NCBI GenBank assembly: GCA_964503955.1
Contig: CAZDCG010000002.1
Location: 13,047 to 77,046, forward strand
Direction of reading: 5' to 3'
From: an uncultured Gammaproteobacteria bacterium
GTDB taxonomy: Bacteria; Patescibacteriota; Patescibacteriia; VMEV01; CAYQCH01
Length of the DNA: 64,000 bases
Shown here one piece after another: positions 37,479 to 45,717 of the stretch. How positions within the stretch are numbered: position 1 is the first letter of the stretch; each line of letters starts with the position of its first letter. The notes beneath the pieces are model-generated. The model made no database searches, was not told where the DNA came from, and was given only the letters and a program-made list of their open reading frames with translations. The translations under genes and the position numbers were made by a program.

Positions 37479-40124
37479 ATGAAACGACTTTTCTTTTTCT
37501 TCGCCTTCGCGCTGCTCGCAGCACTTCCATTCGCGAATGCTCACGCGCAATCCGGTCCGCGCGACGCGATCGCCATACGCGTGGTCCCAAATCCGGATCG
37601 CATGCCGCCGCTTTTGTGGTATCGAAACAATGTCCCAAATCCCGGAGCTCCTGTTCCGCTCGAGATTGACGGATATCCTGCCGTGCGCGACGGGCGGACG
37701 GTTTACGTGGCTGCAACCAATTACGCACCTGAAGCCGGCGCGCTTTATAGTAATATCTACCTCATTTCACATAGCGAAGCGGCAGGGGAGAAGGTGCAGG
37801 CGGTTTTTGAAGAATTTCTACAGGAATTCAGATTCAACTCTAATATCGCCGATGATGAGACCCGGGCGCAGCTGCGCCGCGATATGAGGCGAGCCAATGA
37901 TCTTTATGCGATCCGGTTGAACCTGGAGCAATACCGCCTCAGAACAGGCTCGTATCCAAACTTTGAAGCGGGCAGCTATCTGCCAAATACCACGTATAGC
38001 ACGTGGCCGTCATGGCAAACGACATTAGGCAATTTGCTAGGAACTGCCTTGCCGGTTGATCCTCGCAACCAGTTTATCGGGTGTGAAGCGCCTTTTGACG
38101 GTTCAACCTGCTGGGATCAGACCGCCAGACAATTTGCTTGTCCGCCGCAAGCGTACGTGTACGGATACCGTGCAACAGGAAGCGGCGCGACCTATCAGCT
38201 ATTTGCGAATTACGAGTACAAGGGGCCTGGCAATTGGCAATCCGTTACATTGCAGCAGCAATCAGGCGACCAGTGTTTCAATTTCGCTTTTTCAGACGTT
38301 TCAGACCCTGACGGAGATGGAATCCTAACAGGAGCGGATAATTGTGAATTTGAGCATAACCCAGATCAAACTGACAGTGATGCCGACGGCATTGGCGACG
38401 CATGCGATCTCTGCCCGAATGATCCCACCAATGACCGCGATAGTGACGGTATTTGCGGCAATATCGACAATTGTCCGACGATTGGCAATCCGTCTCAGGC
38501 GGATCTTGATGATGACGGAATCGGCGATGCCTGTGATTTTCAAGGATGCGGGAACAATGTCACCGAAGGATCCGAGGTCTGCGACGGTCAGTCCGGCATC
38601 GGACCGTTTCAAAGCTGCTCCGCTGATTGCCGGTCGGTTATCCAGCTCAGTTATTGCGGCGACGGGGTGGTCAACAATCCCAATGACCAGGGACTTTTTG
38701 AAGAGTGCGATGGCAATAGTGAAGAAATCATCTGCGAACAGCGGATCAACGGCTATGTAACGCAGCGCCGAAGAGAGTGCCGCGATACCTGCCGGTTTAC
38801 GCCATTTACTGCTTGCGAACCGATTGAATATGCGGGAGACGGTATTGTTAACGGATTTGAACAATGCGACGCAGGCGATCAAAACGGTGTTCAGTGCCAG
38901 GCTGCTTATGATCAGACCTGCCAATACTGCACTTCCGATGGACGTTTTGAATTGGCTCAAGGACCAACATGCGGCGATGGAATCGTTAATGGACCGGAGC
39001 AATGTGATGAAGGCGTGAACAATGGACGCGTTTGCACGCCCGCCTATGGAAGAACGTGTACGTATTGCGGCAACTCCTGCCGCATCGAAACGGTTCCGGC
39101 TCCATTCTGCGGGGACGGGACAAGAAATATTCCGTTTGAAGAATGCGATTCTGAAGAGGAGGATATCCCTTGTGAATCGCCGCCGGGGTATTTATATAAA
39201 AAACGCTTTTGCGCCACGCAATCAACCGCTTCGAATGTCGCCTGCAGCTGGCTGCCATTTGAAGCCTGCCGCTCGATCGGTTCCTGCGGAGACGGCATGA
39301 TCAATGGTCCGGAACCATGCGATGATGCCAAAACACCTGGCTTATGTGAACAATGCAAGATCAAGGATAATACAGTGAGCCTTACCTACAATATCGAAGG
39401 GACGAGAATCGCTTCAGCATGCGTGGGCAAAAAATCAGCCTGGCCGACAAATTTCCGCTTTGGAGGAGCTATCCCATTGACAACCGCAGAATTGAATCAA
39501 ACCTGTAATAATGCGGCAATCATCAATCCCTTTACCCGGGATGGGCAGCCATTCAGTTCTCCTTGGGGATGGCCAAGAAACGGCATGCTTTCTACGCTTC
39601 CGATTTCTATGAGGGTGGAAACTATTTTCTGGCAGCATTGGAATTGCGGCGCGCATTTTGTTGCATTGCGAAATTCCGGCGTTGAGGTAACGAGCTCGCC
39701 GTTCCATGTTCCAAAACAGGGAAAACATTGCTCAAATGACTGGCAAGTTCAGGTTGTAGACACTGGCGGCGTAACAGCCGACCAAATCCTGGCGGATGAA
39801 AGCGGTTCCCAGCCAGGCCATCTCCCGGGAGGAATCCTTAAGGGGTACTACCAGTTCGGGCAGACGAGATCGATTCGAACGTCTGATCGCATCGTCGTGC
39901 TGGAGCGTCTTTCTGAACGCAGAGATACCATGGGAAATCTGCTGCCGAATGATACATATAAACTTCTCAGCACTAGCGGCAATGGATTCATGGTCTGGTT
40001 TGGAAATACCGCCACAACGCTTGCAAGCCAGGGAAGCTCTTCCACGCCAAATACCAGCACTTTCGTACTCGGCTGCGTAGATTTCGACAATAATCGCACT
40101 TGTGACTTCATGCAGGAACTATGA
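37479..40124 (+). CDS. Secreted 881-aa protein with thrombospondin type-3 calcium-binding repeats and CGDG...CD cysteine-rich repeats
   Basis: Signal peptide MKRLFFFFAFALLAALPFANAHA. TSP3-like units DPDGDGILTGADNCEFEHNPDQTDSDADGIGDACDLCPNDPTNDRDSDGICGNIDNCPTIGNPSQADLDDDGIGDACD. At least six repeats of the CGDG(V/I/T)xNxxExCD type. Confidence 0.65.
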   Translation: MKRLFFFFAFALLAALPFANAHAQSGPRDAIAIRVVPNPDRMPPLLWYRNNVPNPGAPVPLEIDGYPAVRDGRTVYVAATNYAPEAGALYSNIYLISHSEAAGEKVQAVFEEFLQEFRFNSNIADDETRAQLRRDMRRANDLYAIRLNLEQYRLRTGSYPNFEAGSYLPNTTYSTWPSWQTTLGNLLGTALPVDPRNQFIGCEAPFDGSTCWDQTARQFACPPQAYVYGYRATGSGATYQLFANYEYKGPGNWQSVTLQQQSGDQCFNFAFSDVSDPDGDGILTGADNCEFEHNPDQTDSDADGIGDACDLCPNDPTNDRDSDGICGNIDNCPTIGNPSQADLDDDGIGDACDFQGCGNNVTEGSEVCDGQSGIGPFQSCSADCRSVIQLSYCGDGVVNNPNDQGLFEECDGNSEEIICEQRINGYVTQRRRECRDTCRFTPFTACEPIEYAGDGIVNGFEQCDAGDQNGVQCQAAYDQTCQYCTSDGRFELAQGPTCGDGIVNGPEQCDEGVNNGRVCTPAYGRTCTYCGNSCRIETVPAPFCGDGTRNIPFEECDSEEEDIPCESPPGYLYKKRFCATQSTASNVACSWLPFEACRSIGSCGDGMINGPEPCDDAKTPGLCEQCKIKDNTVSLTYNIEGTRIASACVGKKSAWPTNFRFGGAIPLTTAELNQTCNNAAIINPFTRDGQPFSSPWGWPRNGMLSTLPISMRVETIFWQHWNCGAHFVALRNSGVEVTSSPFHVPKQGKHCSNDWQVQVVDTGGVTADQILADESGSQPGHLPGGILKGYYQFGQTRSIRTSDRIVVLERLSERRDTMGNLLPNDTYKLLSTSGNGFMVWFGNTATTLASQGSSSTPNTSTFVLGCVDFDNNRTCDFMQEL

Positions 40125-40738
40125 AAAAGCCTCTTCTGATTGTGCTATCAATACTGCTTCTGGGCGGTGCGTACATGGGATACAAAGAAATCCGCCGTAT
40201 GCGTTTGCTCAGCTCGGGGCGCGATGTCCTAGTGGTAAACAAGAAGGCAGGAACCTATTCCTTTACCAGCTTGATGGAATCAGACGATATTACGAGAGCT
40301 TACAAAGCGATTGGTTATACGGAGGAACTTTCCGAGGAGAAAATTCAAAAACGGATTGGCGGGCTTACTCTCATTGGTACAAAGTTCGATCCGATTCCGC
40401 CGGAATCAATCGCGGTTGTGCCCAATGCCTTTCAGCAGGATGCCTGGAGCAATGCCTTGCAGGTACTTACGTCTGAGCAGCGGGAGTTGTGCGATCAGCT
40501 GGGAAGATCAGAAGATGTGCAATCCTGCCTTTTTCGTCATTACATCTCGCAATTGCTGGCCACGCAGAATGTGGAAGGTTGCAAGGCTATTTTTGTTGAA
40601 GCATTCGTCCAGGAATGTGAAAACGTCGTCTCCCAAAATCTCCAAAACGCCGTTTATGATGCGGATAACGACCATTTGATTGATCAGTACGAATTCAAAG
40701 CTGATCCGGAATCATTTGAAGCGGATCCATTAGGATAA
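40121..40738 (+). CDS. Membrane-anchored protein with a C-terminal EF-hand-like loop
   Basis: N-terminal TM LLIVLSILLLGGAYMGY. C-terminal DADNDHLIDQYE fits the 12-residue EF-hand loop pattern (D-x-D-x-D...I...E). Its start overlaps the stop of the 881-aa gene by 4 nt. Confidence 0.45.
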   Translation: MKKPLLIVLSILLLGGAYMGYKEIRRMRLLSSGRDVLVVNKKAGTYSFTSLMESDDITRAYKAIGYTEELSEEKIQKRIGGLTLIGTKFDPIPPESIAVVPNAFQQDAWSNALQVLTSEQRELCDQLGRSEDVQSCLFRHYISQLLATQNVEGCKAIFVEAFVQECENVVSQNLQNAVYDADNDHLIDQYEFKADPESFEADPLG

Positions 40739-40764
40739 GCAAGTTCCTTTGCTGTGAAAAATCC

Positions 40765-40770
40765 TTTATA
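40765..40770 (+). promoter_or_regulatory. Perfect TATAAT -10 hexamer upstream of the 40801 gene
   Basis: cctttataatgc lies 30 nt upstream of the ATG. No clear -35. Confidence 0.25.
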
Positions 40771-40800
40771 ATGCATTTACTGTCGCCTTAAACGAATTCT

Positions 40801-41424
40801 ATGTTCGACGATCAACCACAAAGAGAACCGGAAGACATTTTTTCCAATACGGACCCGTTGCAGAATCCTGCCGGTCAAAACCCGGTTCAGTCAAACCAGG
40901 TTCCACCGGCTCCAGCTCCTCAACTTACACCAGAACCTCCAAGCGGGGGCAATAAAATGGTCGTGGTCGCGATCATCGTCATCGCTGCCGTCCTCTTGTT
41001 GATTGCCGTTCTGGTCGGCCTATGGCTTGTGCGAAGAGGTGAATCCGTTCAGCAGCCTGTCCAAAATCAGCAGACACAGCAGGAAGCAACGAATAATGAG
41101 ACAAATACTTCTGAGCAGCTATCAGAAGCTCAGCAGGAAACGCAATTGCCTGCGGTTCCGGTTGATACTGACGGCGATGGATTAAGCGACGAAGAAGAGC
41201 GCGTACTTGGCACCTCGCCGATCGCGGCAGACAGCGACCAGGACGGATTGAATGATTATGAAGAGGTCATGGTCTGGAATACGGATCCTCTCAATCCTGA
41301 CACGGATGGAGACACGTATTCAGACGGCCAGGAAGTAAGCTCCGGCTACGATCCAAATCAGGAAGGAGCACGTTTGCTCGAGTTAAACGGCGCAACGACA
41401 TTGCCAGCACCTGTCAATCAATAA
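40801..41424 (+). CDS. Single-pass membrane protein with a Q-rich spacer and three DxDxDG calcium-binding-type repeats
   Basis: Pro/Gln-rich cytoplasmic N-terminus. TM VVVAIIVIAAVLLLIAVLVGLWLV. Repeats VDTDGDGLSDEEE, DSDQDGLNDYEE and DTDGDTYSDGQE. Confidence 0.5.
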   Translation: MFDDQPQREPEDIFSNTDPLQNPAGQNPVQSNQVPPAPAPQLTPEPPSGGNKMVVVAIIVIAAVLLLIAVLVGLWLVRRGESVQQPVQNQQTQQEATNNETNTSEQLSEAQQETQLPAVPVDTDGDGLSDEEERVLGTSPIAADSDQDGLNDYEEVMVWNTDPLNPDTDGDTYSDGQEVSSGYDPNQEGARLLELNGATTLPAPVNQ

Positions 41425-41427
41425 TGT

Positions 41428-42414
41428 ATGGACGAACGAAACAACAGTTTGATCCCCTCCTCAGGAATGGGATCCCTTGATGGACGCATCAGCGTGATGC
41501 CACAGGCTTATTTGCCGAAAACATCGTCAGGGCTTTCCACAAAAGCGCTGTTGTTTATTCTTGGCGGTCTTATTGTCGTGGCGCTCATTGTTGTTATTGC
41601 TGTTCTGCTGGTTAGCCAATCAAGAGAAGCGGCACAGCTCGCTGCTCAGCAGCAAGTTCAGCAGCCGGCGCAAACGCAGACCAGTCAGCCAACCCAGCCA
41701 GTTCAGGAAAGCACGCAGACAACCGAGCAGCCGTCCTCTCCAATCCAACAGGTTGATACAACGCAGGAACCACAAAATCAAATTGTTTTGCCAGACATTT
41801 TCGCAAGCGTGGCCCTGCCGGCTGTCGACACCGACCAGGACGGTCTGACTGATCTTGAAGAACAGCTCTTTGCCACCAGCCCCGCTGTTCCGGATACCGA
41901 TCAGGATGGATTCCTTGATGGCTCAGAGCTTCTTAATTTGTATGATCCAGCAAGTCCTCGCGCGCTTCTAGAGATTTCGCCGCAGATCAAGATTGCCAGA
42001 AATGATTCAAGGGGCTTTCAATTCTATATTCCTGTTTCCTGGACGGCTTCAAAACAAACCCCTGACGGACGCCTGTTCACGGTTCTGCCTGATTCTGGAG
42101 ATCAGCAGTTCAGCTTTTCAACCTATGATAATCCGGATCGATTATCAGCGGTTCAGTGGTATCAGGCCAATAATCCGGGCGCAGATTTAAATCAGTTTGT
42201 GAATTTCAGCAATGAGGCCGGCTGGGTGGGAATCCAGTCCCGTGATTCGCGCCTGATTATCGCCACCTTTGGAGAATCAGGGGCAGGGGCGCGCGCATTC
42301 ATTTTCGTCATGCATTATGATACTGGCGCGTCAAACGTCCTTGAGTATGCGAGCGTCTGGCAGATGATGGCCAACAGCGTAACGGTCGCGGACACGTCCA
42401 CGGTTACTCCATAG
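41428..42414 (+). CDS. Paralogous single-pass membrane protein with a Q-rich spacer, two DTDQDG repeats and a C-terminal domain of about 150 aa
   Basis: TM LLFILGGLIVVALIVVIAVLLV. Q-rich low-complexity stretch. VDTDQDGLTDLEEQ and DTDQDGFLDGSE repeats. Same architecture as the preceding gene. Confidence 0.5.
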   Translation: MDERNNSLIPSSGMGSLDGRISVMPQAYLPKTSSGLSTKALLFILGGLIVVALIVVIAVLLVSQSREAAQLAAQQQVQQPAQTQTSQPTQPVQESTQTTEQPSSPIQQVDTTQEPQNQIVLPDIFASVALPAVDTDQDGLTDLEEQLFATSPAVPDTDQDGFLDGSELLNLYDPASPRALLEISPQIKIARNDSRGFQFYIPVSWTASKQTPDGRLFTVLPDSGDQQFSFSTYDNPDRLSAVQWYQANNPGADLNQFVNFSNEAGWVGIQSRDSRLIIATFGESGAGARAFIFVMHYDTGASNVLEYASVWQMMANSVTVADTSTVTP

Positions 42415-42416
42415 CT

Positions 42417-42905
42417 ATGGCAAAGCGGATCTCGGTTGATCTTGTGAAAAAGACGCGCGTCGGTTATCAGACCGACGTTTCTTCTTATGCGAAAAAAATC
42501 GTCAGCAGCAAGGCGATGCCTTCAAGATTGAACAGATTTCAGAAGTTTTCCGTTGAGCTGATTCTGGTTGACGACAAAGAAATCCAAATCTTGAACAAAC
42601 GTTATCGAAAAAAAAATAAACCGACCGACGTACTCTCTTTTGCGTACTGGCAGGATGCAGATCCAAAGCTTGATCCCGTTTGTTTCCTGGGGCAGATCAT
42701 TATCAGCTCGGATACTCTTCGCCGGCAAGCAAAAGCGCAGGGACATGCCTATAGGACCGAATTGGGCATCCTTTTTGTCCACGGTCTTTTGCATATACTG
42801 GGCTTTGATCATGAAACAGAAAAAGAGCTAAAAACCATGCTGGAAATGGAGCGAATTTTCCTTGGGGATAACGCCGGCCTTATCGCACGCAGCAGGCTTG
42901 AGTAA
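42417..42905 (+). CDS. ybeY: rRNA maturation endoribonuclease YbeY
   Basis: HGLLHILGFDHE zinc-binding motif (H-x3-H-x5-H). Confidence 0.88.
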   Translation: MAKRISVDLVKKTRVGYQTDVSSYAKKIVSSKAMPSRLNRFQKFSVELILVDDKEIQILNKRYRKKNKPTDVLSFAYWQDADPKLDPVCFLGQIIISSDTLRRQAKAQGHAYRTELGILFVHGLLHILGFDHETEKELKTMLEMERIFLGDNAGLIARSRLE

Positions 42906-42992
42906 GATACGTATTCAGAGGGAAACAAGGTCTTTCGTGCTGAGCAGAATCTGTGTTCAGGCTGCCGTATTGGCAGAGCTTTTCTGAACACT

Positions 42993-42998
42993 TATAAT
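42993..42998 (+). promoter_or_regulatory. TATAAT -10 hexamer upstream of ftsA
   Basis: acacttataatgtcac lies about 60 nt upstream of the ftsA ATG. Confidence 0.25.
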
Positions 42999-43060
42999 GT
43001 CACTATGCAAGATCTCGCTGTTTCTCATAAGCCTGGTCTTTACCGTTATCGAACACACAA

Positions 43061-44314
43061 ATGCAACGCGGAGATATCATCACTGGTTTAGATGTCGGAT
43101 CAACCATGATCCGGCTGGTGGTAGGTGAACTGGTTGACGACGGAACGGGAGAATCTACCAACCTGCACATTATCGGAGTCGCGGAGACCCCTGCTCTTGG
43201 CATTAACAAGGGTGTTGTCACAAGCATTGAAGATGCGGTCTCAAGCCTGACAGCCTGTCTCGAAAAAGGAGAGCGCATGGCAGGCGTGCCTCTTGAACGC
43301 GCCTATGTCAGTATTTCCGGCGCGCATATCATCTCCCAGCCATCTAAAGGCGTGATCGCCGTTTCAAAAGCGAACGGGGAAATCAACCAGGATGATGTGG
43401 AACGCGTGGTGGAAGCCGCTCAGGCCGTTGCCACACCTCCAAATTACGAAATTTTGCATGTTGTTCCGCGTTCGTACACGGTTGATAATCAGACAAGCAT
43501 CAAGGACCCTGTCGGCATGACCGGCGTGCGATTGGAAGTGGAGGCCCAGATCATTCAGGGATTGTCCGCGCAGATCAAAAATCTGACCAAGGCCGTGTAT
43601 CGAACAGGAGTGGACATTGAAGATCTTGTTTTTGGCGCCCTTGCGGCAGCCGAAAGCACGCTTGATAAGCAGCAGAAAGAGCTTGGCGTGGCTCTGGTTA
43701 ATATCGGCGGCGCGACCACGAGCCTCGTCGTTATTGAAGAGGGCGACGTGCTCCACACGGCGGTTCTGCCGATCGGGGCGGGGCATATCACTTCCGATAT
43801 TGCAATCGGGCTTCGCACGTCTATTGAAGTGGCGGAACAAGTGAAAATCCAATATGGAACAGCTCTGCCTGAGACCGTCGATAAAAAGGAAATGATTGAT
43901 TTGAGTGAATTTCAGGAAGCAGAAACCCAAATGATTTCGCGAAAACAGGTGGCGGAAATCATTGAAGCGCGCATTGAGGAGATTTTTAAACTCGTCAATA
44001 AAGAGCTGAAAAAGATCAACCGAAGCGGATTGCTGCCAGCCGGCGTCGTGCTCACCGGCGGCGGTGCAAGACTCACGGGCATTACCGAAGTTGCCAAACG
44101 CGAATTTCGTTTGCCCGCATCCATTGGCATCCCCCGCGATGTCACAACCGCCATTGAGAAGGTCAATGATCCGATGTTTTCTGTCTGTGTAGGGCTGCTT
44201 ATGTGGGGATCCCAGGATCTTGAAGCCTCATCCCGCCGTTCGCTCCCATCCTTCAAAAATCTTGGTGCCTGGGGCGACAAAGTGAAAGGCTGGGTGAAAT
44301 CATTAATTCCGTAA
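43061..44314 (+). CDS. ftsA: Cell division protein FtsA
   Basis: Actin-fold motifs (GLDVGSTMIRLVVGE, VNIGGATTSLVV). Position upstream of ftsZ. Confidence 0.92.
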   Translation: MQRGDIITGLDVGSTMIRLVVGELVDDGTGESTNLHIIGVAETPALGINKGVVTSIEDAVSSLTACLEKGERMAGVPLERAYVSISGAHIISQPSKGVIAVSKANGEINQDDVERVVEAAQAVATPPNYEILHVVPRSYTVDNQTSIKDPVGMTGVRLEVEAQIIQGLSAQIKNLTKAVYRTGVDIEDLVFGALAAAESTLDKQQKELGVALVNIGGATTSLVVIEEGDVLHTAVLPIGAGHITSDIAIGLRTSIEVAEQVKIQYGTALPETVDKKEMIDLSEFQEAETQMISRKQVAEIIEARIEEIFKLVNKELKKINRSGLLPAGVVLTGGGARLTGITEVAKREFRLPASIGIPRDVTTAIEKVNDPMFSVCVGLLMWGSQDLEASSRRSLPSFKNLGAWGDKVKGWVKSLIP

Positions 44315-44380
44315 TAACAATTGACGATTGACATGCGGCCTCTGGCTTCCACAACCGTCAATGGTTGCATGTCAAAGTAA
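44312..44380. promoter_or_regulatory. Conserved ACAATTGACGATT element plus 9-bp inverted repeat (TTGACATGC / GCATGTCAA) upstream of ftsZ
   Basis: acaattgacgatt at 44317-44329 is identical to 22783-22795. ttgacatgc at 44328-44336 pairs with gcatgtcaa at 44367-44375. Confidence 0.5.
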
Positions 44381-44386
44381 ACGCGT

Positions 44387-45607
44387 ATGGAGATCAAACC
44401 GGATATCGAAACATTCGCAAAAATAAAAGTCATTGGAGTAGGGGGAAGCGGAGGATCAACCGTGAACCAGATGATCGCCTCAAAAATCAGAGGCGTGGAA
44501 TTTGTTACGATCAATACCGACGCGCAGGCTTTGCATCATTCGCGCGCGGCTGTGCGGATGCATATCGGAAAAACCATCACGCGCGGGCTTGGTGCCGGCA
44601 TGGATCCTGAAATGGGCAGAAAAGCCGCGGAAGAGAATCAGAACGAACTGCGCGAGATGCTCAAAGATACGGATATGGTATTTGTCACCTGCGGTCTTGG
44701 CGGGGGTACGGGAAGCGGTGCCGCGCCGGTTGTGGCGGGCATTGCCAAGGAGCTTGGCGCGCTGACCATCGGCGTTGTTACAAAGCCGTTTACGTTTGAA
44801 GGCAATCAGCGCCGCCAGATCGCAGAGAAAGCATACGAAGAATTATCCAGCAAGGTTGATACCATCATTTCAATTCCCAATGACCGTATTCTGCAGGTGA
44901 TCGAAAAGAGAACCAGCATGATGGAAGCCTTTGACATTGTCGACGATGTTTTGCGCCAGGGCGTGCAGGGAATCTCGGAACTCGTCACGATACACGGCGT
45001 AACCAATGTGGACTTTGCCGACGTGAAGGCGATTATGAAGGATGCAGGTTCCGCTTTGATGGGGATCGGCTATGGTTCAGGCGATAATCGCGCTGTTGAA
45101 GCGGCCAAAGCGGCCATCAACAGCCCATTGCTTGAAGTCGCTATCGACGGTGCCAAGGGAATTCTCTTCACCATCACCGGCGGCAAAGACCTTGGCATGT
45201 ATGAGCTCAATGAAGCGGCAACCATCATTACGGAAAAAGCGGATCCGAATGCCAAGATCATTTACGGAACCGTTATTGATGAAAATATGAAGGACGAGCT
45301 GCGCATTACGGTGATTGCGGCTGGATTTGGTAAACAAAAAGTTGCAAATCCTGCCAATTTCGAACGCCAGACGGCAAATTTCGGACAGAAGCTCGCAGCT
45401 GATGCGTATCAGAATCCCTTGATGAGGCTTTCGCAGCAAAAAACGGAGGATACATCTTCTACGTATCGTTCTGTCCGCGAAGAAGCCATGCAGGATCCGA
45501 TTATGACAGAGCCTGTGCGTCAGGAAGAAACCGCGACACAGCGTGTTGAAGCTGATGAGGAAGAGGATTTGGAAATCCCGGCCTTTATCCGGAAAAAAAT
45601 GATGTAG
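44387..45607 (+). CDS. ftsZ: Cell division GTPase FtsZ
   Basis: GVGGSGGSTV, tubulin signature GGGTGSGAAPVVA and NTDAQAL. Acidic C-terminal tail with a conserved EIPAFIRKK peptide. Confidence 0.97.
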   Translation: MEIKPDIETFAKIKVIGVGGSGGSTVNQMIASKIRGVEFVTINTDAQALHHSRAAVRMHIGKTITRGLGAGMDPEMGRKAAEENQNELREMLKDTDMVFVTCGLGGGTGSGAAPVVAGIAKELGALTIGVVTKPFTFEGNQRRQIAEKAYEELSSKVDTIISIPNDRILQVIEKRTSMMEAFDIVDDVLRQGVQGISELVTIHGVTNVDFADVKAIMKDAGSALMGIGYGSGDNRAVEAAKAAINSPLLEVAIDGAKGILFTITGGKDLGMYELNEAATIITEKADPNAKIIYGTVIDENMKDELRITVIAAGFGKQKVANPANFERQTANFGQKLAADAYQNPLMRLSQQKTEDTSSTYRSVREEAMQDPIMTEPVRQEETATQRVEADEEEDLEIPAFIRKKMM

Positions 45608-45717
45608 ATGCTGCCCAGACCCTCCATTAGGTTCTCGGCAAAATGAAAGCATGTCCATTTAAAGAAGAGGGCCGGAAATCGGTCCTTTTCTCGGCTAAAC
45701 CCTGTTAAGTATCAGTT

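Noticed and set aside
38325-39002. 225-aa minus-strand ORF inside the 881-aa TSP3/Cys-rich gene
   Set aside because: It is antisense to a region with clear repeated CGDG…CD and TSP3 motifs on the + strand. Typical shadow ORF.
45077-45658. 193-aa minus-strand ORF inside ftsZ
   Set aside because: It is antisense to FtsZ, including the tubulin signature.
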